From: Vicinamibacterales bacterium
GTDB taxonomy: Bacteria; Acidobacteriota; Vicinamibacteria; Vicinamibacterales; UBA8438
Reading direction: 5' to 3'
DNA length: 64,000 bases
Assembly (NCBI GenBank): GCA_965202695.1
Contig: OZ241843.1
Coordinates: 3,968,701-4,032,700, forward strand
The first letter of the stretch is position 1; each line of letters opens with the position of its first letter. The notes under the pieces are model-generated. The model did not search any database. It saw nothing but the letters and a program-made list of their open reading frames with translations, and had not been told where the DNA came from. Shown here one piece after another: positions 35,773 to 45,820 of this stretch. A program made the translations under genes and the position numbers.

Positions 35773-36417
35773 TCACGGTCCCGCGACCGGGCGCAGGTTC
35801 AGCAGGATCTGCCCGTCCGCGAACGCCCCATCCCACGTCTCGTAAAGCTCCTGCGCCTCGGCCGGGAAGGCTTCGCTCAGGATGCCGGGTATCCAGTAGT
35901 CGGCCCCCGGCGCCACCGGGTCGATCCACGAGACGTAGAGGACGGCACCGTCGGCGAGGGGTTCCTCGGCCCGCCAGGTGCTCCAGCCCTCCGCCTGACG
36001 GCGGTTTTCCTCGCGGTCGCCGGCCGCCAGCGCCTCGGCCGCCCGCGCCAGCGTCTCCTCGAAGGCGCTCTCCCCCCCCGACCTGACGAAGTGCAGGATG
36101 ACGCCGGCGCCGGCCGTGAATTCGCGCCGCCGCTCCTGGACCAGCGGCGCCTCCGGCCCGGCCGCGGTGTCGGTCTCCGCGTCCGACGGCCCCGACTCCG
36201 AGGAGACGGGAGCCGTCTCATCGGGAGCCGGCTCGTCCGCCGGCGGCGCGGCCGGAGCCGGCTCCTGCGGCGGTTGCGGCTGCGTCCCGCCCGGCGCCTG
36301 GATCGCCGCCGCGCCGGGGAGGCTCCCGGCGCCCCCGCACACGAACCCGAGCCAGAACGCCGCGACGACCGCGGCAACGCCACCCACTCGCCCGCGCCGC
36401 CAGCCGATCATGCGCAT
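35773..36417 (-). CDS. secreted hypothetical protein (paralog B) with a Pro/Glu-rich linker
   Basis: The ATG at 36415-36417 gives MRMIGWRRGRVGGVAAVVAAFWLGFVCGG, then an acidic Pro-rich spacer, then a domain that aligns to paralog A: DGAVLYVSWIDPVAPGADYWIPGILSEAFP against GGAVIYFGHINSVAAGNDYQLITVLAQHFP. Confidence 0.55.
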   Translation of the reverse strand: MRMIGWRRGRVGGVAAVVAAFWLGFVCGGAGSLPGAAAIQAPGGTQPQPPQEPAPAAPPADEPAPDETAPVSSESGPSDAETDTAAGPEAPLVQERRREFTAGAGVILHFVRSGGESAFEETLARAAEALAAGDREENRRQAEGWSTWRAEEPLADGAVLYVSWIDPVAPGADYWIPGILSEAFPAEAQELYETWDGAFADGQILLNLRPVAGP

Positions 36418-36536
36418 GCCATCCCGCCCTCCTGGACAACCGCCTGCATCCACGGTCAGGACAACGCTCCACCACGCTGTCAGCGCCAGCGCAACGCTCT
36501 CCAATCGCGACGAGCCCTGACGCCCGCCGCCGGGGG

Positions 36537-37838
36537 TCAGACGAAGACCTGCATCACTTCGCTCGCCAGCAGCCGGCCCGCGCGGGTCAGACACAGGCGT
36601 TCCCGATCGTCCTCCAGCAGGCCGGCTTCGACGCAGCGGGTCAGCTCGGCCCCCCAACGCTCCCACACCGCCACCCCGTAGCGCCGCTCGACCGCGGGAA
36701 CGTCCACCCCCCCGGTGAGGCGGAGCCCGAGGAACAGGGCGTCGGTCGCCCGTTCTTCGATGGACAGGACCTGCCGGTGCGCCACCGGGCTGGCGCCGTC
36801 GGCGACCCGCGCGACGTAGGATTCGGTCTCCGCCACGTTGCGCCAGCGCCGCCCGCCGCGCGTGGAGTGCGCGCCGCACCCGAAGCCGACCCAGGCGCCG
36901 TCGGACCAGTACTTGAGGTTGTGACGGCAGCGGCGGCCCGGCCGGGCCGCGTTCGATATCTCGTACTGGGCGTATCCGGCGGCCTCGAGCCGGTCGATCG
37001 CCGTCAGGTACATCCCGGCCGCGGCGTCGTCGGGCGCCTGCGCCCATCCCCCCCGGGCCATGTCCTCCCGCAGGGGGGCGTTCGGATAGAGCTCGAGCAG
37101 GTAGAACGAGACGTGGTCGGGGCCGAGCCCGGTCAGGACGTCGAGGGTCTCGCGCCAGTGGCCGATGGACTGCTCGGGCAGCCAGGCCATCAGGTCGATG
37201 CTGACGTCGTCGAAGCCGGCCGCCCGCGCCGTCTCGAACGCCTCGATCGCGCGCGCGGCCGTGTGCGCGCGGCCGAGGCGGCGCAGCTCGGGGTCGCGGA
37301 ACGACTGCACCCCGATGCTGAGGCGGGTCACGCCGGCGGAGCGGTAGCCGTCGAGCCGCTCGCGGGACGCGGTCTCCGGGTTCGTTTCGAGGGTTATCTC
37401 GGAGGCCGGGTCGAGCGCGAAGCTCGATCGGCAGCGGGCGAGGAGGGCGCGCACTTCGCCGGGGTCGAGCACCGACGGCGTGCCTCCGCCGAAGAACACG
37501 GAGTCGGCGCGCCCGCCGTCTCCCGCCGACTCGATCTCCCGCGCCAACGCGGCGAGATACCGGCGCTTCACGTCCGTGCGCAGGAGCCCGCGGTTGAAGT
37601 TGCAGTAGCTGCAGATCGCCTCGCAGAACGGAACGTGGAGGTAGATCCCGAGGGGACCGGGCGGCGGCGCCGAACTCCCGGGCCGGGCGTCGGACCGCGC
37701 GGCGGCGCGAGCCGCCTCGCCGGGTCCGTCATGCTCTCGAGCGCCGGGTCGGGGCCGGGCGCCGGACCCCGCGGCGGCGCGGGCCGCGGAGGCGGGAGAC
37801 GGGTCGGCGGGCGGGACGCGGGCGCCGCGGGGCTTCAC
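36537..37838 (-). CDS. hemW: radical-SAM heme chaperone HemW (HemN-like, oxygen-independent coproporphyrinogen oxidase family)
   Basis: Motifs LGIYLHVPFCEAICSYCNFN, FFGGGTPS and RLSIGVQSF. The GTG at 37836-37838 overlaps the upstream stop (GTGA). The N-terminal boundary is uncertain. Confidence 0.8.
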   Translation of the reverse strand: MKPRGARVPPADPSPASAARAAAGSGARPRPGAREHDGPGEAARAAARSDARPGSSAPPPGPLGIYLHVPFCEAICSYCNFNRGLLRTDVKRRYLAALAREIESAGDGGRADSVFFGGGTPSVLDPGEVRALLARCRSSFALDPASEITLETNPETASRERLDGYRSAGVTRLSIGVQSFRDPELRRLGRAHTAARAIEAFETARAAGFDDVSIDLMAWLPEQSIGHWRETLDVLTGLGPDHVSFYLLELYPNAPLREDMARGGWAQAPDDAAAGMYLTAIDRLEAAGYAQYEISNAARPGRRCRHNLKYWSDGAWVGFGCGAHSTRGGRRWRNVAETESYVARVADGASPVAHRQVLSIEERATDALFLGLRLTGGVDVPAVERRYGVAVWERWGAELTRCVEAGLLEDDRERLCLTRAGRLLASEVMQVFV

Positions 37839-38743
37839 CTTCCCGCCCGCCCCCCCGGCCAGCCGAGTTCGGCCGCGCCGGTCTTCAGGCGGGCCCGGGC
37901 GCGCGACGTCGTCCGCGCCGGCAGCTTGGGCCGGGGCTTCGCCTTCCACAAGCCGGCGAGTTCCTCGCTGCTCGGCGCGTTCGGGTACTCGGAAAAATCG
38001 CGGTAGTCGAGCCCGTCCAGCTCCAGGAACACGCACATCTCGCGGAGTCGGGAGTGCATGCGGAAACCGACCCGCGCGAGCAGCGAATCGAGCGACGCCG
38101 GCGCGACGCCGACCGCGGCGCCGCCGCTCCCCTGGTGGTCGCGGCCGGACGGTTCCGCGCCCTCCGGGTCCTGAAGGTCCTTGTAGTTCGACGTGAAGAT
38201 CGTGGGGCGGCGATCGTTGTAGCGGGTGTTGACGACGTAGTTCATCGTCTCGTCGACCCAGTCCGTCAGCCGTTCCGCGCCCAGATCGTCGAGCACCAGC
38301 AGCTCCGCCTCGACCACCGGGCGGAGCACGTCGACCTCCGACCCGCGGGTCACCGGGTCGTAGGTGCGCCGGATCGTGGCGAGCAGGCTCCGCGTGTCGT
38401 AGTACAGGCCGTGCGCGCGCTTCTCCGACACCACCTGCCTGAGCGCCGCCACCGCGATGTGGGTCTTGCCGACACCGGGAGGGCCCATGAGCAGCAACCC
38501 CTTGTCGACGACCGGGAAGTCCTCGACGAACCGGCGGGTCCGCTCGATCGCCTGCAGGAGCTTGGGGTTCTCGTAGGTGACGAACGTGGTCAGATCGCAG
38601 TCGCGGTAGCGCTTCGGGATGCGCGCCGCCGCCAGCAGGGTCCGCGCCGCGTCCGTGCGCCAGCACGCGCACCGTTCGACGCGCGAGACGCCGCCGCCGG
38701 CCACGACGCGCCAGCGGGTTCCGTCACAATGTGGACAGGACAT
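37835..38743 (-). CDS. DnaC/DnaI/IstB-like AAA+ ATPase with an N-terminal zinc ribbon
   Basis: MSCPHCDGTRW...RCACW (CxxC...CxC), Walker A GPPGVGKTHIAVAA, Walker B LLVLDDLG, and RRPTIFTSN. No IstA-like transposase is adjacent. Confidence 0.7.
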   Translation of the reverse strand: MSCPHCDGTRWRVVAGGGVSRVERCACWRTDAARTLLAAARIPKRYRDCDLTTFVTYENPKLLQAIERTRRFVEDFPVVDKGLLLMGPPGVGKTHIAVAALRQVVSEKRAHGLYYDTRSLLATIRRTYDPVTRGSEVDVLRPVVEAELLVLDDLGAERLTDWVDETMNYVVNTRYNDRRPTIFTSNYKDLQDPEGAEPSGRDHQGSGGAAVGVAPASLDSLLARVGFRMHSRLREMCVFLELDGLDYRDFSEYPNAPSSEELAGLWKAKPRPKLPARTTSRARARLKTGAAELGWPGGRAGR

Positions 38744-38890
38744 CGGAGCCCCTCGTGTCCGCCGGCCGGCCGATCGCCGCCGCGCGGCCCGCGGCCGCCT
38801 TCGGCTCGGCCCGCCGCCCGGCCAACCCCGCGGGAGTCCGCGCCGCCGCCTCCCGAACGGGGTCGCGGAGCGGACGGGACTTCGGAGCCG

Positions 38891-39322
38891 TCACCCGGCG
38901 CCGCGCCCCCGATTGCCGGGGCCGCCCCCGGTCCGGCCCTCGACGGGGACCAGATCGGTCGGGCTCGATCTTACCAGCGCCGTGCCCAGTCGGCGTTCCC
39001 AGTCCCCGAGCCCCCGGGCCAGCTCCTGCTTCACGTAGGCCATGAACTCGTCGACCTCCGCCTGCATGCGGTCCATCTTGCTCCGCATGTTGAGGATGAT
39101 CTCCACCCCCGCGAGGTTCACCCCCAGTTCCCGCGTCAGGGTCAGGATCGCTTCGAGCCGCTCGAGGTCGGCGTCGGAGTACTGCCGGGTGTTGCCTTCG
39201 GTCCGGGATGGTCTCAGCAGTCCTTCGCGTTCGTAGAGACGCAGCGTCTGCGGATGGATGTCGTACCGCCGCGCCACCGCGCTGATCATGTAGTACGCCC
39301 GCCCGGATCCCCTGCCTGGCAT
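38891..39322 (-). CDS. hspR: MerR-family heat-shock repressor HspR
   Basis: YYMISAVARRYDIHPQTLRLYEREGLLRPSRTEGNTRQYSDADLERL. It is the last gene of a dnaK-dnaJ operon. Confidence 0.8.
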   Translation of the reverse strand: MPGRGSGRAYYMISAVARRYDIHPQTLRLYEREGLLRPSRTEGNTRQYSDADLERLEAILTLTRELGVNLAGVEIILNMRSKMDRMQAEVDEFMAYVKQELARGLGDWERRLGTALVRSSPTDLVPVEGRTGGGPGNRGRGAG

Positions 39323-39361
39323 GTCACACCCGCTTTCTGCCGGTCCCCGCGCGCCGCGGCG

Positions 39362-40441
39362 TCACCACAGCCCGGCGCGCACGTCGTCGCTGCTGTTCTC
39401 GGCGAACTGGCGCATCAGCTCCTTCGAGCGCTCGTCGAGCACCCGGGGCAGCACGATTCTCACTTCGACGATCAGGTCGCCGGGCTCGCCGGTCCGCGGC
39501 GAAGGGGCCCCGCGGCCGCGCAGGCGGAAGCGCTGGCCCGACTGGGACCCCGGGGGGATGCGGATCCGGACCGGTTCCCCGGTGGTCGGCGCCTGGACGC
39601 GGGCCCCCAGGGCCGCTTCGTGGACGGCGACCGGCAGCACCAGATGCAGGTCGTCGCCTTCGCGCCGGAACAGCGGATGCGCATCGACCGACACCGTGAC
39701 GTACAGGTCGCCGGTGGCGCCGCCGCGGCGACCCGCGTTCCCGGCGCCGGGAACCCGCAGGCGGGTCCCGCCGGCGACCCCCGCCGGCACCGGCACCGGA
39801 ATCGCCTCGATCCTCGATGCGACGCCTTCGGCGCCGCAGACCCCGCACGGCCGGTGCGTCCGGCGCCCCGTGCCGCCGCACGCGGCGCAGCGGCGCGAGA
39901 ACACCATGTGCCCGCGCATCCAGCGCGAGTGGCCGGCGCCGCCGCAGCTCGAACAGCGGCTCTCGGCGACCCGGCGGGTCCCCGACCCCCCGCACGCCTC
40001 GCAGGCCGCGACCCGGGTCACGGTGACCTCGCGGGTCCCGCCCTGCATCGCCTGCTCGAACGAGACCCGGAGGTCCGCGTGCAGATCGACGGCGGGGGCG
40101 TCGCGGGGCCGGCCGCCCGATTCGGCGATGACCTCGGCGAACAGGTCTCCGAAGCTCGACTCCGCGCCGCCCGGCGGGACGCCGGAGAAATCGAAGCCCT
40201 CGAACGCGATGCCGCCCTCCCGGGGGCGGGACGCCGGCAGGCCGTGCGCGTCGTAGTCGCGGCGCCGCTCCGGATCGACCAGGGTCTCGTAGGCCTCGGT
40301 CACCCGGCGGAAGACCGCCTCGGTCTCCCGGTCGCCGGGGTTGACGTCGGGGTGGTACTTCCGCGCGAGCCGGCGGTACGCGCGCTTCAGATCGCTCACC
40401 GACGCGCTCCGTTCGACCCCGAGAATGACGTACAGATCCAT
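39362..40441 (-). CDS. dnaJ: molecular chaperone DnaJ
   Basis: J domain DLYVILGVERSASVSDLKRAYRRLARKYHPDVNP, and four CxxCxG zinc-finger repeats (CEACGGSG, CSSCGGAG, CAACGGTG, CGVCGAEG). Confidence 0.9.
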   Translation of the reverse strand: MDLYVILGVERSASVSDLKRAYRRLARKYHPDVNPGDRETEAVFRRVTEAYETLVDPERRRDYDAHGLPASRPREGGIAFEGFDFSGVPPGGAESSFGDLFAEVIAESGGRPRDAPAVDLHADLRVSFEQAMQGGTREVTVTRVAACEACGGSGTRRVAESRCSSCGGAGHSRWMRGHMVFSRRCAACGGTGRRTHRPCGVCGAEGVASRIEAIPVPVPAGVAGGTRLRVPGAGNAGRRGGATGDLYVTVSVDAHPLFRREGDDLHLVLPVAVHEAALGARVQAPTTGEPVRIRIPPGSQSGQRFRLRGRGAPSPRTGEPGDLIVEVRIVLPRVLDERSKELMRQFAENSSDDVRAGLW

Positions 40442-40465
40442 CCGTCCGTCTCACGTCCGCCGGGA

Positions 40466-42382
<1,917 letters not shown>

Positions 42383-42449
42383 GACACCATGCCCTGAAAG
42401 AGTTTACGAACTGCTGCCCGCGGAGAACGGGAACGGCACTAACAGCGAA

Positions 42450-42481
42450 AAGATTATATAATCTTAGCTGCTGAATGTAAA
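42450..42481 (-). promoter_or_regulatory. dnaK promoter (TTTACA-17 nt-TATAAT) with a 16-bp perfect palindrome over the -10
   Basis: Read on the minus strand, the sequence is TTTACA (42476-42481), a 17-nt spacer, then TATAAT (42453-42458). The palindrome AAGATTATATAATCTT at 42450-42465 covers the -10. This is the only pure A/T block in an otherwise GC-rich intergenic region, and it lies about 70 nt upstream of the ATG. Confidence 0.55.
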
Positions 42482-42495
42482 CCCTGCCAACGCTC

Positions 42496-42513
42496 CGCGC
42501 CCGCGCGGGCGCG
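42496..42513 (-). terminator. GC-rich hairpin just after the prfB stop
   Basis: Perfect 18-nt palindrome CGCGCCCGCGCGGGCGCG, 16 nt downstream of the prfB stop (42529-42531). There is no U-tract, so function as an intrinsic terminator is uncertain. Confidence 0.35.
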
Positions 42514-42528
42514 CCGCCGGGCGGCCCG

Positions 42529-43675
42529 TCATCCCGCGCGGCCGGGGGCCGGTTCGCCCGGGGCCGGACGCCCGCCGCCCGCCTTCTGCATCAGCCAGGC
42601 CTTGATGAACGGGTCGAAGTCTCCGTCGAGCACCCGGTCGACGGCGCCGGTCTCCATCTTCGTGCGCAGGTCCTTGACCATCTGGTAGGGGTGCAGCACG
42701 TAGCTGCGGATCTGGCTGCCGAAACCGATGGCCCTCTTCTCGCCCCCGATCTCTTCCAGCCGGTCCTGCTGCTCCTTCTGCTTGAGGTCGTACAACCGGG
42801 CCTTGAGCACCTTCATGGCCGCGTCGCGGTTGCGGTGCTGCGAGCGTTCGTTCTGGCACGAGACGACGATGCCGGTGGGCAGGTGGGTGATGCGGACCGC
42901 CGAATCGGTCACGTTGACGTGCTGTCCGCCGGCGCCGCTGGACCGGTAGGTGTCGATGCGCAGGTCCTTCTCGTCGATCTCGACCTCCACGTCTTCGGGC
43001 AGCTCCGGCCAGACGAAGACCGAGGCGAACGACGTGTGGCGGCGGGACGCCTGGTCGAAGGGCGAGATCCGGACCAGCCGGTGCACCCCGGCCTCCGCCA
43101 GCATCAGTCCGTAGGCGTAGTCGCCGGCGACGGTGAGCGTGCCCGCCTTGATGCCCGCTTCGTCACCCGGCTGCCATTCGATCACCTCGACCTTGAAGTC
43201 CCGCCGTTCGGCCCAGCGCAGATAGGCGCGGGCCAGCATCTCCGCCCAGTCCTGCGACTCGGTGCCGCCCGCTCCGGGATGGATGGTGACGATGGCGTTC
43301 TTGTCGTCGTGCTCGCCGCCGAGCATCTTCTTGATCTCGCCGGTCTCGACCTCGGCCGCGAGCGCATCGAGGGCCGCCAGCAGATCTTCCTCCACCGGCT
43401 CGCCCTGCCCGACCCAGTCCACGAGGACGCCGAGGTCGTCCGCCTTCCTCCGCAGCGACTCGGCGAGGTCCCGGTCGTCCTGCAGGCGGCGGCGGCGGCG
43501 CAGCACTTCCTGGGCCCGGTCCGGATCGGTCCAGAAGTCGGCCGCGGCGGCGCGGGCCTCGAGGGTCCGCAACTCCTGGCCGGTTTCCGGGGTGTCAAAG
43601 ATAGCCGCGCAGTGCCAGCGACCGCTCCACGAGGTCCCGATAGCGCCTGATCTGTTCGTCGATCTCGATGCTCAC
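42529..43675 (-). CDS. prfB: peptide chain release factor 2, with programmed +1 frameshift
   Basis: Frame 1 runs from GTG 43673-43675 and reads VSIEIDEQIRRYRDLVERSLALRGYL. It ends in the canonical CTT TGA C site (43594-43600, minus strand). Frame 2 continues D-T-P-E-T-G-Q-E-L-R-T-L-E-A-R... and contains SGAGGQHVNVTDSAVRITH (the GGQ motif). The join is complement(42529..43596,43598..43675). Confidence 0.9.
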
Positions 43676-44394
43676 GTGCGTCCTCCTGTCGTCGTCCGGC
43701 CGGCCCGCGCGGACGGGCCGGCGCCCCCGCCCCGCGCCGCGCCGATCCGGGGTTCCCGTCCCCGCCGGAGCCGCGAGAGGTTGGAGCGGTGGGTAAACGC
43801 GATGAAGACGGCCAGCGCCGCCGTCAGATACACGTCCGGCGGGGACACGGCGCAGCCGAAGCGCCAGCCGGACGCCGGCACCGCCGCCGGCATCGCCGCG
43901 GCGGCCGCGACGGCCGCCATCGACACGTAGCGCGACGTCGCGGCCACCGCCGCGAACACGCCGAACCCGACGAGCACGGCGCCGGGATGCGTCGCGAGAA
44001 ACGCCCCGGCCGCGGTGGCCACCCCCTTGCCCCCGCGAAACCCGGCGAAGAGCGGATAGCAGTGCCCCAGGGTCGCGGCGGCGCCGGCCGCCAGCCCCGG
44101 CGACAGCGCAGACGACGGCGAATCGCCGGCCGGCAGCCCGGACGCCAGCAGCGCCGGGACGTACCCCTTGGCGACGTCCAGCGCCAGCACCGCCAGCGCC
44201 GGCCGCCAGCCGAACACCCGCAGCATGTTCGCCGCGCCGGCATTGCCGCTGCCGTGCCCGCGGACGTCGCTGCCGTACAGCCGCCGGCTGATCGGCGCCG
44301 CGCTCGGGCACGACCCGATCAGGTAACCGGCGAGCACGGCGAGCGTCAGGGTGGCGGCCAGGATGACGGCTCCCGAAAACTCCGCGGACGGCAC
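43672..44394 (-). CDS. plsY: glycerol-3-phosphate acyltransferase PlsY
   Basis: Motifs GYLIGSCPSA, GSGNAGAANMLR and GHCYPLFAGFRGGKGVAT. GTG start at 44392-44394. The stop overlaps the prfB GTG (GTGA). Confidence 0.85.
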   Translation of the reverse strand: MPSAEFSGAVILAATLTLAVLAGYLIGSCPSAAPISRRLYGSDVRGHGSGNAGAANMLRVFGWRPALAVLALDVAKGYVPALLASGLPAGDSPSSALSPGLAAGAAATLGHCYPLFAGFRGGKGVATAAGAFLATHPGAVLVGFGVFAAVAATSRYVSMAAVAAAAAMPAAVPASGWRFGCAVSPPDVYLTAALAVFIAFTHRSNLSRLRRGREPRIGAARGGGAGPSARAGRTTTGGRT

Positions 44395-44442
44395 CGCCCG
44401 ACACGCGCCGGCCCGCGAGCGGCCGGGCCCGCCCCGCCGCGG

Positions 44443-45045
44443 TCAGGGCTGCGTGACCCACGCAGCGAACCGCTCCTGCGTCCGCAGACGGCGACTGACC
44501 AGCTCGGCCTCCGCGCGGTCCGCATAGGGTCCGACGCTGACGCGGTGCAGGGCGCCCGAGGACATCGGCTCGATCACGACGGGATAGCCTTTCGCTTCCA
44601 GGTCCGCCTTCACGCCCTCCGCGGCGGCGGCGCCGCGGACGCTGATCACCTGCACGGCGAACGCCCCGCCGCGCGCGCCGGCGAAGGAGCCGCCCGCGCC
44701 CGTGAAGCCGGCGCGCGGCGCCGCGGGGCCGGACGCGGGCGGTTCCTCCAGCGTCTCGGCCACCGGCTCGCCGCCACGCAGCCGGTCGAAGTAGCTCAGA
44801 CCCTGGAACGGCGACCCGGCGGCGCCGCCAGACCCGGCCTCCGCGGCCGCTCCCCCGGCCCCGGACGCGCCGTCGGCCGTCGGAACGGGAATCGGCCCGG
44901 CTCCCCCGGCCTCCGCGGCCTTCAGCCCCCGGCCGACCTCCACGCCGCAGAGGAAGACGACGACCGCGCCGATGGCCGCGATCATCGTCAGGAAAACGAG
45001 CTGCTTCGGGCTGACCGTCAACTCATGCCGGTTCGTCTTTCCCAT
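44443..45045 (-). CDS. SPOR-domain (septal peptidoglycan-binding) membrane protein
   Basis: N-terminal TM helix (LVFLTMIAAIGAVVVFLCGV), a low-complexity Gly/Ala linker, and a C-terminal SPOR-like fold (FAVQVISVRGAAAAEGVKADLEAKGYPVVIEP...HRVSVGPYADRAEAE). Confidence 0.7.
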   Translation of the reverse strand: MGKTNRHELTVSPKQLVFLTMIAAIGAVVVFLCGVEVGRGLKAAEAGGAGPIPVPTADGASGAGGAAAEAGSGGAAGSPFQGLSYFDRLRGGEPVAETLEEPPASGPAAPRAGFTGAGGSFAGARGGAFAVQVISVRGAAAAEGVKADLEAKGYPVVIEPMSSGALHRVSVGPYADRAEAELVSRRLRTQERFAAWVTQP

Positions 45046-45820
45046 CGTCGCCGTTCTTTTCGGCCGTCGCGGGCTTCGGCAGCAGGTGCATGAACTCGAC
45101 GGGGACCGGGAACAGGATCGTGGAGTTCTTCTCGGTGGCGATCTCCGTCAGGGTCTGCAGGTAGCGCAGGGTCACCGCGAGCGGCTGGGTGCTGATGACC
45201 CCGGCGGCCTGGGACAGACGTTCCGACGCGTTGAACTCGCCCTCGGCGTGGATGATCTTGGCCCGCTTCTCGCGCTCCGCCTCCGCCTGCTTCGCCATCG
45301 CCCGCTGCATGTTGTCGGGCAGGTCGACGTGCTTCACCTCGACCGCCGAGACCTTGATGCCCCACGGATCGGTCTGCTGGTCGAGCAGATGCTGCAGGTC
45401 GCGGTTCAGGCGCTCCCGTTCGGACAGGAGATCGTCGAGGTCGACCTGCCCCAGGACGCTGCGCAGCGTGGTCTGCGCGAGCTGGGAGGTCGCGTAGTTG
45501 AAGCTCTCGACCTCGACGATGGCCTTCTGGGGGTCCATCACCCGGAAGTAGATGACCGCGTTCACCTTCACCGACACGTTGTCGCGCGTGATGATGTCCT
45601 GGGGCGGGACGTCCATGACGATCGTCCGGAGCCCCACCCGGACCATCCGATCGAGGGGGGCGAAGACGAGGATGACCCCGGGCCCCTTGGGCCGCGGGAG
45701 CAGCTTGCCGAGCCGGAATATCACTCCGCGCTCGTACTCGTTCAGGATCTTGATCGAGCTCGCGAGATAGAACGCCGCCATCAGGCCCACGAGCAGCAGC
45801 GGGTTGTTCAGCAAGTTCAC
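45023..45820 (-). CDS. SPFH/Band 7 (stomatin-like) protein
   Basis: Motifs IKILNEYERGVIFRLGK, TRDNVSVKVNAVIYFRV and AEAEREKRAKIIHAEGE. The GTG at 45818-45820 overlaps the nfeD stop (GTGA). The remaining 850 aa of the track ORF are junk. Confidence 0.9.
   Translation of the reverse strand: MNLLNNPLLLVGLMAAFYLASSIKILNEYERGVIFRLGKLLPRPKGPGVILVFAPLDRMVRVGLRTIVMDVPPQDIITRDNVSVKVNAVIYFRVMDPQKAIVEVESFNYATSQLAQTTLRSVLGQVDLDDLLSERERLNRDLQHLLDQQTDPWGIKVSAVEVKHVDLPDNMQRAMAKQAEAEREKRAKIIHAEGEFNASERLSQAAGVISTQPLAVTLRYLQTLTEIATEKNSTILFPVPVEFMHLLPKPATAEKNGDDGKDEPA

Noticed and set aside
42383-42528. Canonical HAIR (CTTGAGT-N7-ACTCAAG) or CIRCE (TTAGCACTC-N9-GAGTGCTAA) operator upstream of dnaK.
   Set aside because: I read both strands of the 146-nt region. 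Only distant fragments (TTAGTGCC, CTTAGC) occur, with no inverted partner at the right spacing. The A/T palindrome is reported instead.
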